DNA of 64,000 nucleotides from Chloroflexota bacterium (GTDB lineage Bacteria; Chloroflexota; Dehalococcoidia; E44-bin15): NCBI GenBank assembly GCA_030604825.1, contig JAUVVB010000002.1, positions 27,905 to 91,904 of the forward strand, read 5' to 3'. Shown piece by piece: positions 40,191 to 51,685 of this stretch (position 1 is its first letter; each line of letters starts with the position of its first letter). The notes under the pieces were generated by a model. It saw only the letters and a program-made list of their open reading frames with translations, ran no database searches and was not told where the DNA came from. The position numbers and the translations under genes were made by a program.

Positions 40191-40550
40191 CTATAAAGGG
40201 TTGCGCCGACCGACCTCCTCAAGTAGCCGGTTGAATATGGGCCGCTTCAGGCTGGCCACGTTGGTCATGGTTACCGGCGCATCCTTTCCATCACGATCCT
40301 TAAAGCTCCAGGCCACAATAGCCCGATAGACCGTGATGATGCTGCCGACCTTAAGGCTCACCTCCTCGATATCCTCCTTCTTGGCCGGGCCGCCCTTCCC
40401 AAAAGCTTGGGGCTTCAGCCTGATCCGCAGAATCTCGTTGGAGATGGCTTCCTCATCACCAGCAGAAAGCTCTCGCTTGATATCGACCCACTCGCCATCC
40501 TCGAACTCGATGCGTTCCACTTCGTCCTTATAAGTAAAGGCGCTTGTCAT
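40191..40550 (-). CDS. putative tail assembly chaperone
   Basis: Directly upstream of the tape measure gene; IVAWSF motif; ends NPL on a slippery heptamer. Confidence 0.65.
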   Translation of the reverse strand: MTSAFTYKDEVERIEFEDGEWVDIKRELSAGDEEAISNEILRIRLKPQAFGKGGPAKKEDIEEVSLKVGSIITVYRAIVAWSFKDRDGKDAPVTMTNVASLKRPIFNRLLEEVGRRNPL

Positions 40551-40796
40551 TCAGACCTCCTCATGATGCTCTGCTCTATGTGTAAGCCCGAAAACACAGT
40601 TCGGGGTTCGTAGTGGTCCTCCCGTTCTTTTATGCCTACTACCAGTATATCCTCCCAGCACGGGTCTTGCCCTGGGAAGTTGTCACCTTTTTATAACTTC
40701 GATGGGATGGTAAGGGAACATTCAGAACAATTCATAATCATCTTTGGGTGGGGTGCACTTCCAGTGCACTCCCCCCCTATCCCCCCCGCCCCCGGG

Positions 40797-41579
40797 CTAT
40801 AAGGGAAGGTCCTCATCCATGTCTTCGATCAACTTCTCAACACTCAGGCTCCTCTTCAAGTCTAGAAAGGCCTGGGGCACATGCTTGTCTCTTGATTGCA
40901 CTATCCAGTCCAGCAGCTTTTGGTTCCACTTCCCCAGACGTATTTCCTTATATGGGTTGCCCCGCCCCCCACGAGGTCCCCTGCGACACCTCTTGGGAGG
41001 ATAGTTCTCGTTATCCCTAACTATCCTATTCACCTCGATCCCCTCCATAGCTCCCCAGAAGGCAACCAGGGTAGACTCCTCCTTTTGCCCTTTCAAGAGA
41101 ACACGCTTAGATGACGCAGCGATGACGTAGTTGGGTATGTCAATTGGCTCTCTTATCGGGTAAGGAATCCACAGATCGTGAACCCACTTTTCCATATCGC
41201 TGTGGTTTCTGCCCCTAATGCCGATCGTCTCCAGATAGCCCTGGCATGTGGTAATAAAGTCAAACCCTGCTTCCTCTGGTCTGCCGAAGAACGGAGCTCC
41301 CCCCCAGCTCTTCCATTTGCCCTCCATAGTCAGGTGACGATAGAAAGCAGCCTCAGCAACCCATCCCGAAAACCAATCCTCGCCGAATTCAGCATCCCTA
41401 TACTTCGCTTCTGCCATGTGCTCCCACGCTTTAGTCCACCACCTTCCCACCCTGAAAACGAAGTTTGGCAGGCAGTCCCCCAACCTCATCGTCTCAGGAT
41501 CGAGATAAGGCAGGTTACTTAGGTCAGCTTCAACAACTTCGATCTTGCTTCTGACTACCTCAATCTCGTTACTGTTCAT
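40797..41579 (-). CDS. hypothetical protein, possible degenerate PD-(D/E)XK fold
   Basis: GGAGGTG RBS; GWVAEAAF...AGFDF...TIGIR. Confidence 0.6.
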   Translation of the reverse strand: MNSNEIEVVRSKIEVVEADLSNLPYLDPETMRLGDCLPNFVFRVGRWWTKAWEHMAEAKYRDAEFGEDWFSGWVAEAAFYRHLTMEGKWKSWGGAPFFGRPEEAGFDFITTCQGYLETIGIRGRNHSDMEKWVHDLWIPYPIREPIDIPNYVIAASSKRVLLKGQKEESTLVAFWGAMEGIEVNRIVRDNENYPPKRCRRGPRGGRGNPYKEIRLGKWNQKLLDWIVQSRDKHVPQAFLDLKRSLSVEKLIEDMDEDLPL

Positions 41580-41836
41580 TCTCCACCTCCAAAAATAAAA
41601 AAGTGAGCCACAGGTTCCCCCGTCCCTATGGCTCACCCTTTCCGCAGCATTAACTCGGTTAGGCGTGAGCTACTTCCACTCAGTATTATACAGGAAACAT
41701 CTGTAGAAGTCTAGCGACCTGACACTCTCTCCCCAACCCAACCTCTTAACTGAAAAACTATTGAAGTGAGGAAGTTAACGCAATATAATTGGGCTTGCAT
41801 ACAGCTAAGTCCATCGGGTTTGGAGGAGGCGGGAAG

Positions 41837-43471
41837 GTGTATATCAAGAGCCTGCATGTTGAAGGTTTCCGGTCCATCCAGAACCAGACGCTAACGTTCG
41901 AGCCTCGCCTGACCACGCTGGTCGGCGAGAACAACACCGGTAAGAGCATAATCGGACTAGCCATTAAGAAGCTCTTCACACAGTGCGCCACCGGTAGAGA
42001 GGAGATAAGCATAACAGACTACCCTTATGGCATAGTCGGGCCACTCACTATTGAGGCCGCCTTACGCCTGTCTCATGACGAAGTTGAGAAGCACTTGCTG
42101 CCCCCTCTGGTAAGTGGGGTTTGCTCTGCGAAGGATGAGTCTCCACTGTGCAGTTGGCTTCTCAGGAACGGGAATGACATAACACTGTTCGTTAGGCGGG
42201 AAGACGACAGGATGGTAACGGGGCTCCGCTGGGGAGAACTGCAAATCATCCACAACAACCTGATTGTCCGTAGTGCTACCGATTCATCACAAGCATGGAC
42301 AGCCCATGCGAGTCGAATCCATTCGGGGCACCTGCATGGCGATGAGTTGCAGCGACTGAAAGGAACCTTCTCTTGTGGGACTGAAGTAATACAAGAAAAG
42401 CTAGGTCCGTTCGTCCATGGACAATACAAGCTTGCAGAAGAATTCCGTGTCCGCTCGGTGCTGGGTGAGCGCACAGCCGCAGTCGAGTCTATGGGAGGAT
42501 CGGAGACAGCGGGTGTTCTGCTGACGCTGAAGAATCACCGTGTTCGCCGGGAGCAGGACAGATACACAGAGGTGGTTAAGGCTTTCAGTAAATTCTTCCT
42601 TCACTACACGATTAACGCTGTGGAGCAGGAACCCAGAGGGGCTGCTGACATTCAGTTCTATGAGAAAGGCCGAACCGAGCCACTGAGTCTGGCCAACATG
42701 AGTTCTGGTGTCCACGAGTTCCTCACGCTGCTAACCGACTTGATTGCCCGTGAGGATCTAGTGATATTCTGGGAACACCCTGAGACGCACTTACATCCAC
42801 ATAGCATGCGCTCTGCGGCGTCTCTGCTGGAAGCATCGGAACGCAACCAGATAATTGTCACCACGCATGACCCACACTTCGTCAATCCGAAGAGCCCTCA
42901 GAGCCTGCGCAGGTTCTGGTGGGTGCGAGGGTTAGGAACGCAAATACGTGAATTAGACCCCTCTCTGAGCCAAACGAAGCTCAGTCAGATAGCAACAGCA
43001 CTCCGTCACCTCGGGGATCGTGAGGTTGTGTTTGCACGTGCCGTCATACTCGTGGAGGATGAGACTCTAACTGAGTTCCTCATCGGCGTGGCTCCCAAAC
43101 TGGGGCGTGATATTGATGCAAACAGTGTGTCTGTTGTTTTTACTGGTGGAGAAGGTGGACACAGACCTTTTCATACACTTCTGGATGCTCTGGGCATCCC
43201 ATACGTGCATCTGCGAGATAGGAACTGGGGTCACAACCCCCGATTTCCTCCGGATCGCTTTTTCAGTCTGGATGCCGAGTTTGAGGAATACCTAGACAAG
43301 CAGGGGCTGGGAGCGATGCTGGAGCAGGTGAAGGAGGAGGCTGGGCGATCCAAGCGGCGATGGGCAGTAGTCCTAGCATCAAGAATTCCCCGAAAGCAGA
43401 TTCCAACCATATTTGACCACGTGCTGGCAAGAGCTATCAGTCTGGCATCAGGAGAGCCCGCAGGGAAATAG
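41837..43471 (+). CDS. OLD family ATP-dependent nuclease (ABC ATPase plus TOPRIM)
   Basis: GFRSI, GENNTGKS, MSSG, EHPETHLHP, TTHDP, FARAVILVED, LRDRN. Confidence 0.88.
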   Translation: MYIKSLHVEGFRSIQNQTLTFEPRLTTLVGENNTGKSIIGLAIKKLFTQCATGREEISITDYPYGIVGPLTIEAALRLSHDEVEKHLLPPLVSGVCSAKDESPLCSWLLRNGNDITLFVRREDDRMVTGLRWGELQIIHNNLIVRSATDSSQAWTAHASRIHSGHLHGDELQRLKGTFSCGTEVIQEKLGPFVHGQYKLAEEFRVRSVLGERTAAVESMGGSETAGVLLTLKNHRVRREQDRYTEVVKAFSKFFLHYTINAVEQEPRGAADIQFYEKGRTEPLSLANMSSGVHEFLTLLTDLIAREDLVIFWEHPETHLHPHSMRSAASLLEASERNQIIVTTHDPHFVNPKSPQSLRRFWWVRGLGTQIRELDPSLSQTKLSQIATALRHLGDREVVFARAVILVEDETLTEFLIGVAPKLGRDIDANSVSVVFTGGEGGHRPFHTLLDALGIPYVHLRDRNWGHNPRFPPDRFFSLDAEFEEYLDKQGLGAMLEQVKEEAGRSKRRWAVVLASRIPRKQIPTIFDHVLARAISLASGEPAGK

Positions 43472-43839
43472 CCCTCCTCTGCTTGATTCGGAAGATCGTT
43501 CGGTGGCTCAGATGCAATTTCATGGCTATCTCCCTGGCTGATAATCCCTGCCGCACCAGAGCAACCACTTGGTCCTCCTTCCTCCTCTGCGCGGGAGTAG
43601 TTCCCCTGAATGGATGCCGATACTCTTCATAGATACACCGCTCCCGGGGACATTCCAGGCAGGATGGATGCAGATGGCACCCTGTGTCCTGGTAACCCTG
43701 TTTGCATTTTGCCGGTGGTCTGGGAGGACTGGCTGTCAGCTCCCCGAGGGATGCCGCTCCATCCGGGGGCCACTTCTCCCTCGCATTCAGCGCTTCCCAA
43801 TCTCCAGGCTCCCCCACAATCAACTCAGTGGGAATAAAC

Positions 43840-43847
<8 letters not shown>
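43437..43847 (-). CDS. Cys-rich plus HTH DNA-binding protein
   Basis: GCHLHPSCLECPRERC; GLSAREIAMKLHLSHRTIFRI; overlaps the integrase stop. Confidence 0.75.
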
Positions 43848-44875
<1,028 letters not shown>

Positions 44876-45120
44876 TTGTTTTGCCCCAAAACTCTAGGCA
44901 AAACCCGACGAAGCAGTTGGTCTTTCTCTAGGCATCACCTCCTTCTTTGCCTGCGAGGGACTCCCGTTGCCTACCTAGTTTCATTTAATAGTAAATGCAG
45001 CCACCAAAGGTGAACCGGCTGATCTTGACAGAAAGCATGACCAGGCCCTAGTATTTTGCCACGGCGATCTGTCCGAAAGCGATCAAAGGACCGCAATAGG
45101 GACCGCAGAAAGGGGGAAAC

Positions 45121-46977
45121 ATGTACCCATACACAAGCAAGCTGTTGCGTGTGGATCTTTCAGGAGAGGGAAGCTGTGTCGTTGAAGAAATCGATGAAGG
45201 TACCGAACGGATGTTTCTGGGCGGCCCCGGTCTGGCAGCAAGAATACTGCTGGATAGAATGGACTGGAAGGGAGACCCCTTGGGTGCGGAAAACAAGCTT
45301 GTATTTGCTATTGGTCCGCTGACCGGGACAAATGCCCCTGCTGGCTGTCGGTATGTGGTTTGTGGGAAGTCCCCCTTGGGCATCTGGGGGGAGGCCCATG
45401 CCGGTGGCTTTTGGGGGCCGGAACTGAAGTTTTGTGGCTTTGATGCCATCCTCATACAGGGAAAGGCATCAAATCCAGTTTACATTTGGGTCCATGATGG
45501 GGGAGCGGAGATCAGAGATGCGGCACATCTATGGAACAAGGATACCTATGAGACTGAGGAGATCATCAGAGAAGACTTGGGCGACAGCAAGATCAGGGTG
45601 GTAGCCATCGGGATTGGCGGGGAAAATCTTTCAACGATGGCGTGTATTGTGAACGATGGCGGGCGAGTGGCAGGAAGGACAGGGTTGGGTGCGGTCATGG
45701 GTTCAAAGCACCTGAAAGCAATCGCTATTAGGGGAAGGAAAGGGGTCAACGTCGCTGACAAAGAGAGATTTAGCCAGTTAGTCAGGCAATACAATAAGAA
45801 CATATCTCAGCACCCTGCGGTTCCCCTCATGCGCAAGTTTGGAACGCACGCAGCCACAGGCCTCATAGCACGAATGGGGGATGTCCCCATTAAGAACTGG
45901 AGATTGGGTGACTGGGAGGGACTCTCGAAGCTCGATGGCCCTGGCTTTGAAAGCACAATTCGGGTTCGCAACTATCACTGCTGGGGCTGCCTCATGGGGT
46001 GTGGGCAGGTGGCCGAGGTGAAGGAAGGTCCATACAGGGTGGAACGGGGGCATGCACCCGAGTATGAAGCCGTGGCATCTTTTGGTGCCATGTGCCTGAA
46101 CGATAGTATGGAATCTATAGCCAAGGCAAACGACCTGTGTACCAGGTATGGACTGGACGTCATTTCAACAGGAGCAACAGTGGCCTTTGCCATGGAGTGC
46201 TATGATAAAGGACTGATAGGCGATAAGGACACAAATGGGCTGGAACTGCGTTGGGGCAACCATGATGCCATTATCAAGCTCATCGAAAGAATTGCCAACA
46301 GGCGGGGGTTGGGAGAACTTTTAGCAGATGGAACAAGGGAGGCCGCCCAGAGGATAGGCAAGGGTTCTGAGGAGTTTGCCATTCATACCAAGGGTTTGGA
46401 GTTGCCCATGCACAATCCGAAGGCCTTCTCCAGTTGGGCGCTGGCCTACGCCACTTCCAATAGGGGGGCTTGCCATCTTCAGGCAACTACCTATGTGGTG
46501 GAAAGGGGCCTGACATTTCCAAGTATTGGAATGACGGAGCTGCTTGACCGATTCTCAAGCGAAAGAAAAGCAGAGTTGACCAAAACTCTGCAAGATTTTT
46601 ACACCATCATCGAGTGCCTGGGGATGTGCAAGTTCCTCATATACGTCGGGTTCCAGCCTGAGGATTTCGCTGCTCTTTTTTCAGCAGCTTCAGGCCAGGA
46701 TATGCCCTTGAACGAGATATTGAAGATTGGGGAAAGGACCTACAATCTGATCAGGTGCCTGAACGTTATCATGGGGGTTTCAAGAAAAGATGACACCTTG
46801 CCCAAGAGGCTGCTCAGTGAGCCCTATGTGGAGGGAGGAGCCAAGGGCTTTGTGCCGGTGTTGGACCCTATGCTGGATGAGTATTATGCGCTTAGGGGCT
46901 GGGACGCTAACGGAATACCCACGAAAGAGAAGCTACGCGAGCTGTCGCTAGAGAGCTTGTGCGACAGGCTTCCCTGA
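45121..46977 (+). CDS. aldehyde:ferredoxin oxidoreductase (AOR family)
   Basis: LLRVDLS, KSPL, GRTGLGAVMGSK, CxxC, PEYE, GLDVIS, RGACH. Confidence 0.95.
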   Translation: MYPYTSKLLRVDLSGEGSCVVEEIDEGTERMFLGGPGLAARILLDRMDWKGDPLGAENKLVFAIGPLTGTNAPAGCRYVVCGKSPLGIWGEAHAGGFWGPELKFCGFDAILIQGKASNPVYIWVHDGGAEIRDAAHLWNKDTYETEEIIREDLGDSKIRVVAIGIGGENLSTMACIVNDGGRVAGRTGLGAVMGSKHLKAIAIRGRKGVNVADKERFSQLVRQYNKNISQHPAVPLMRKFGTHAATGLIARMGDVPIKNWRLGDWEGLSKLDGPGFESTIRVRNYHCWGCLMGCGQVAEVKEGPYRVERGHAPEYEAVASFGAMCLNDSMESIAKANDLCTRYGLDVISTGATVAFAMECYDKGLIGDKDTNGLELRWGNHDAIIKLIERIANRRGLGELLADGTREAAQRIGKGSEEFAIHTKGLELPMHNPKAFSSWALAYATSNRGACHLQATTYVVERGLTFPSIGMTELLDRFSSERKAELTKTLQDFYTIIECLGMCKFLIYVGFQPEDFAALFSAASGQDMPLNEILKIGERTYNLIRCLNVIMGVSRKDDTLPKRLLSEPYVEGGAKGFVPVLDPMLDEYYALRGWDANGIPTKEKLRELSLESLCDRLP

Positions 46978-47101
46978 AACCGGGGTAGACATGGAGTCAA
47001 CAAGGGTGAAGGGGGTGTTAGTCCGCTGAAGGAGAACTGAGATCACTGGTCGTAGCGAGGAGGGAATCCTCGCCTCGAATACGAGCAAAGGAGTGCTAGA
47101 C

Positions 47102-47866
47102 ATGAGGTTACAAAACAAGGTGGCAGTGATCACCGGGGCAGCTTCTGGCATAGGACGAGCTGCAGCGGTTCTATTTGCCAAAGAGGGCGCCAAAGTTGTG
47201 GTGGCCGATATCAACGATGAAGGGGGCAAAGAGACAGTCAATTTGATCGAAGCAAGTGGTGGTGAAGGCACTTTTGTGCATACCGACGTTACCCAGGCAC
47301 AAGAAGTGCAGAATATGATAAAGACCGCTGTGGAGACCTATGGCAAACTGGATATTCTCTATAACAACGCAGGCGTTCCAGGGGTATCGACCCCCTCTGA
47401 ATTTGTGGAGGAAGCAGATTGGGACTGCACCTATGCCGTCAACGTAAAGTCGATTTTCCTGGCTTGCAAATATGCGATACCGCAGATGAAACAGCAAGGT
47501 GGGGGAGTCATTATCAACACAACCTCCGTCTCTGCTGACAGGCCACGGCCCAATATGGCCTGTTACGTCAGTTCCAAGGGGGCGGCTGAGGTTCTGACGA
47601 AAGCACTTGCTTTAGAGCTAGCACCGCAAAATATTCGCGTCAACTGTGTCAACCCAGTCCTGGCGGATACGCCTATGGCACCCAAATTCATACCCAAGGG
47701 TCTCGACCCAGAACCGATCTTGAAGGCAGTAATTGAAAGCACTATTCCCATGGGGAGAATGGCAACGGCTGAAGAGGTTGCCTATGGCGCTTTGTACTTG
47801 GCTTGTGACGAGTCGTCCTTCGTCACGGGTATAGCTCTGCCAGTCGACGGTGGTCGCAGTATTTAG
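47102..47866 (+). CDS. short-chain dehydrogenase/reductase
   Basis: TGAASGIG, NNAG, YVSSK. Confidence 0.95.
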   Translation: MRLQNKVAVITGAASGIGRAAAVLFAKEGAKVVVADINDEGGKETVNLIEASGGEGTFVHTDVTQAQEVQNMIKTAVETYGKLDILYNNAGVPGVSTPSEFVEEADWDCTYAVNVKSIFLACKYAIPQMKQQGGGVIINTTSVSADRPRPNMACYVSSKGAAEVLTKALALELAPQNIRVNCVNPVLADTPMAPKFIPKGLDPEPILKAVIESTIPMGRMATAEEVAYGALYLACDESSFVTGIALPVDGGRSI

Positions 47867-48351
47867 TATAGGGCTTTCCCTGCGGCTGATTTGGAGACAA
47901 GAAGGCGCTACAATAGCACCGTCCGGGGACAAGGCAAGGATACCTGAGGCGTCCGTCATTTCCAGGGCCACAATGTCCCCCCTTGCAGGCGACACACAGC
48001 TTCTTGTCAGCCTCCACCATTGCCGCTTGACAGCACCTCCGTGCACTGCTAGTATGTTGCTACTCCTGCAGGGGATTCGAATTTGAGCCCCTTACAACCA
48101 TTTCGTGGTCATCCCTGTGGATCATTGCGCCAGGGGGATCTCGCTAGTGAGGTACACACCTCACTCCAGTCCAGAATGTAGGAACCAGCCCCCAGCGCCA
48201 GTGTGTCCTCGTATCGCGATAGTGATGTTTGACCACCACCTAGGGCTGCACGCTTGCATCGCGTCATCCGCTATCAATGGGGCGAGAACGAGGGTGAGAA
48301 AGAAATGAAAGGAAGGGGCTACATTTGACTAGAACGAAAAAGGAGTCTCTG

Positions 48352-49461
48352 ATGGCGGAGAAGGGTAGAGCAGCAATATTTAAAGGTCTGGGCGAGCCCA
48401 TGGAGATCAAGGAGTATCCGGTGCCCGACCCCGAGCCAGGGGCCATCTTGATCAAGGTTTCAATGGCTAACATATGTGGCTCAGACCTTCACCAGTGGCG
48501 CGGGGATATCGACCTTGCTGCCATGAGAGTACCATTACCGGTAATCTTGGGCCATGAGATGACAGGGAGGGTGGCCAAGCTGGGGGAGGGCGTCTCCACC
48601 GATTCGGCAGGTCAACCATTGGCGGTGGGTGATCGGGTGGTTTACCGCTATTTCTACCCCTGCGGGCGTTGCAAGGCATGCTTGAGGGGGGAGGACGCTG
48701 CCTGCCCCATGAACGCTCGCACCCTCATGAGCCCCGCTGAACTGCCACCTCACTTCACGGGGGCATATGCCGACTACTACTATCTTCGCCCCAATCACGT
48801 TGTTTTCAAGGTGCCTGACGACCTCACCGACAATATGGTGGCCCCTGCCAACTGCGCCCTGTCCGAGGTTATCTATGGCCTGGAGAAGGTGGGGCTGAGC
48901 TGTGGGGAAACCGTGGTCATCCAGGGGGCGGGTGGCCTGGGCATCAATGCTACTGCGGTAGCCAAGGAGATGGGGGCCGGTAAGGTGATCGTCATCGATG
49001 GCATCAGCGAGCGCCTGGAGCTCGCCAAAGCCTTCGGTGCCGATGAGTTGATCGACATGAGGGAGTTCAAGACCCCGGAGGAACGCGTAAAGCGAGTACG
49101 GGAGCTGACCGGAGGCTGGGGAGCGGATGTCGTCGCCGAGCTGGTGGGCTTTCCCCAGGTCATTCCTGAAGGCATAAGGATGCTGGGGAATGGCGGGCGC
49201 TACCTGGAGATCGGCAACATCAGCCCAGGGATGACCTATGAAGCTGACCCCGCCTTGCTCGTGGCGCGCTCCAAGAGCATCGTTGGCATCGTCTTCTACG
49301 GTCGCGATACCCTGAAGAAGGCCCTCGACTTCCTGAGCCGTACCAAAGGCAAATACCCATTTGACAAGATTCTCTCCCGTTCCTACCCGCTGGAAGAAAT
49401 CAATAAGGCCTTTGAGGAGCAGGATAAGGGGCTGGTTTCCAGGTCTGCCATCGTTCCCTAG
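48352..49461 (+). CDS. zinc-dependent alcohol dehydrogenase
   Basis: ICGSD, GHE, CGRCKAC...C, GAGGLG. Confidence 0.94.
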   Translation: MAEKGRAAIFKGLGEPMEIKEYPVPDPEPGAILIKVSMANICGSDLHQWRGDIDLAAMRVPLPVILGHEMTGRVAKLGEGVSTDSAGQPLAVGDRVVYRYFYPCGRCKACLRGEDAACPMNARTLMSPAELPPHFTGAYADYYYLRPNHVVFKVPDDLTDNMVAPANCALSEVIYGLEKVGLSCGETVVIQGAGGLGINATAVAKEMGAGKVIVIDGISERLELAKAFGADELIDMREFKTPEERVKRVRELTGGWGADVVAELVGFPQVIPEGIRMLGNGGRYLEIGNISPGMTYEADPALLVARSKSIVGIVFYGRDTLKKALDFLSRTKGKYPFDKILSRSYPLEEINKAFEEQDKGLVSRSAIVP

Positions 49462-49493
49462 CCCTCGCTAGAAAAGCTTCTGAAAGGAGGAAG

Positions 49494-51344
49494 GTGATGG
49501 CTGGTGCATACATGGGTAAGATCTTATTTGTGGACCTTTCTAAGGGCGAACTGAAGGATGAGACACCAGGGGAAAGAATTTACCGGGATTTCATCGGGGG
49601 GTATGGCATTGGAGCCAGGGTGATCTTCGATCAACAGAGGCCCAAGATAGACCCCCTAGGGCCCGAGGCCCATTTGGGATTTGTTGCCGGCCTGCTCACC
49701 GGCACCCCTGCCCTCTTCGGCTGCCGCTACACCGTGGTGGGCAAATCGCCGCTTACCGCCACCTGGGGGGATGCCAACTGTGGGGGCGATTTCGGTCCCT
49801 ACCTAAAGTTCAGTGGCTACGATGCAGTTTTCCTTAGCGGAGTCTCCCCTGAGCCGGTCTATCTCTTCATAAATGACGGAACTGCTGAACTGAGGAAGGG
49901 GGATCGCCTGTGGGGCAAGGATACCAATGAAACCGAGGCCCTGCTTCAAGATGAGCTGGGCCCAGATGCCAGAATTGCCTGCATTGGCCCCTCGGCGGAG
50001 AGGCTCTGCCTCATTTCATGTATCGTCAGCAACCGGGGGAGGGCTGCCGGACGTTCCGGCCTGGGGGCAGTGATGGGAGCCAAGAGGCTTAAGGCTGTAG
50101 TGGTGAAGGGGAGCCAGCAGGTCCCTCTGGCTGATAAGGTCAAGCTGGAGGAGGCGAGGAGAAGGCATCAGCGGCAGCTGGGAGGCCCGGTGCAGGTGTT
50201 TCGCCAGTATGGCACCTGCGGAGGCACCGCCCAGTTGACCCAGATCGGGGATACGCCGGTGAAGAACTGGGCTGGCTGTGTGGAGGATTTCCCCAATGTC
50301 GCTGCCATCAGCGATGAAAACGTGATCAGCCAGCAGCGAAGAAAGTACACCTGCTGGCGCTGCCCCATCGCCTGCGGCGGGGTGATGAAGGCGGGGACGG
50401 GGAAATACAAGTATCCCGCTGGGGCGTACAAGCCGGAGTATGAAACACTGGCTGCCTTTGGCACCATGTGTCTCAACGATAACCTGGAGTCCATAGTAAA
50501 GATAAACGATATCTGCAACCGCTACGGAGTGGATACCATCTCCGCTGGCTGCGCCATCGCCTTCGCCATCGAATGCTATGAAAACGGCCTTATCACCAGC
50601 AAGGATACGGAGGGAATCGAGCTCAGATGGGGGAACCATGAGGCCATAGTAGACATGACCCAGAGGCTGGTGAGGAGGGAGGGCTTCGGAGACATCCTCG
50701 CCGATGGGGTCAAGGTAGCGGCGGGGAAGATCGGCAAGGGGGCGGAGGAGTTTGCCATCCACATCCACGGCCAGGAGGTGCCGATGCACGATCCCAAGCG
50801 CTTTATGCACTATGCAGCCACATATCTGGACACTACCCCCGCCCGCCATATGCAGGGTAGCTATAGGCTTAGGCCGGCCAGCGGCCTGGAATTCCCCGCC
50901 TATGACCGCAAGTCCTCTGCCGGCCGCGGTGAGGCGCATAGGATGGGGAGCGACTTGGTACATGTAGTGAACTGTGCTGGGATATGCCTGTTCGGATATC
51001 AGTGCATGGACCTGGGCGCTGTCACTGAATCTCTGAGCCTGGCCACGGGCTGGGACTATGACCTCGAGGATGTGCTAAAGGCTGGGGAAAGGATCGCCAA
51101 CATGCGCCAGGCCTTCAACGTTCGCGAAGGGCTAAGGTCTGGGGATTTCAAGATGCCCAACAGGGTGCTGGGGCGACCCCCTCCTGAGGCGGGGCCCACT
51201 GCCGGCAGGAGCGTGGACATCGAGACGCTGGGCAGGGACTATCTGGTGGCTAGGGACTGGGACCCTGACAGCGGGAAGCCCAGCCGGAGCAAGCTACAGG
51301 AGCTGGGACTGGAAGACGTGGCTGAAGTCCTCTGGCCTCAGTGA
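49494..51344 (+). CDS. aldehyde:ferredoxin oxidoreductase (second copy)
   Basis: ILFVDLS, KSPLT, AGRSGLGAVMG, CWRCPIAC, PEYET, GVDTIS. Confidence 0.95.
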   Translation: MMAGAYMGKILFVDLSKGELKDETPGERIYRDFIGGYGIGARVIFDQQRPKIDPLGPEAHLGFVAGLLTGTPALFGCRYTVVGKSPLTATWGDANCGGDFGPYLKFSGYDAVFLSGVSPEPVYLFINDGTAELRKGDRLWGKDTNETEALLQDELGPDARIACIGPSAERLCLISCIVSNRGRAAGRSGLGAVMGAKRLKAVVVKGSQQVPLADKVKLEEARRRHQRQLGGPVQVFRQYGTCGGTAQLTQIGDTPVKNWAGCVEDFPNVAAISDENVISQQRRKYTCWRCPIACGGVMKAGTGKYKYPAGAYKPEYETLAAFGTMCLNDNLESIVKINDICNRYGVDTISAGCAIAFAIECYENGLITSKDTEGIELRWGNHEAIVDMTQRLVRREGFGDILADGVKVAAGKIGKGAEEFAIHIHGQEVPMHDPKRFMHYAATYLDTTPARHMQGSYRLRPASGLEFPAYDRKSSAGRGEAHRMGSDLVHVVNCAGICLFGYQCMDLGAVTESLSLATGWDYDLEDVLKAGERIANMRQAFNVREGLRSGDFKMPNRVLGRPPPEAGPTAGRSVDIETLGRDYLVARDWDPDSGKPSRSKLQELGLEDVAEVLWPQ

Positions 51345-51368
51345 GTCCTATTGGTTGCATGCAGGGAA

Positions 51369-51647
51369 ATGAGGGTGAGGGTAAGCTTTTTCGGCCTTTT
51401 GAAGCGGCTCGCCGGGGAGCCCGACCTGGAGTTCCACCTCCAGGAGGGGTCCACGGTGAGGGATCTCCTGCTTGAGATTGGGCGCACGGTGGGAGAGCGT
51501 TTCCCTGATGAGGTTTGGGACGCTGAGAATCAGTGCTTCTCTCCCCTTGTCTCCCTGTTTGTGGACAACGAGGAAATCGAGGACCTGAGCCAGCCACTAC
51601 AGGATGGCAGCGAGGTGTTTCTGCTCATGCCCGTACTGGGGGGTTAG
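51369..51647 (+). CDS. MoaD/ThiS sulfur carrier
   Basis: Ubiquitin-like size, C-terminal GG. Confidence 0.88.
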   Translation: MRVRVSFFGLLKRLAGEPDLEFHLQEGSTVRDLLLEIGRTVGERFPDEVWDAENQCFSPLVSLFVDNEEIEDLSQPLQDGSEVFLLMPVLGG

Positions 51648-51685
51648 CCCTATTCCCCGTGGAGACCTGCTATGAGGAGTCTGTT

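Noticed and set aside
41837-43471. Gabija or retron system
   Set aside because: No UvrD/GajB helicase or reverse transcriptase nearby.
44876-44901. TTG at 44901 as the native integrase start
   Set aside because: Lies outside the element with no well-spaced RBS; the nearby AGGAGG belongs to another frame. Weak use in the integrated state is not excluded.
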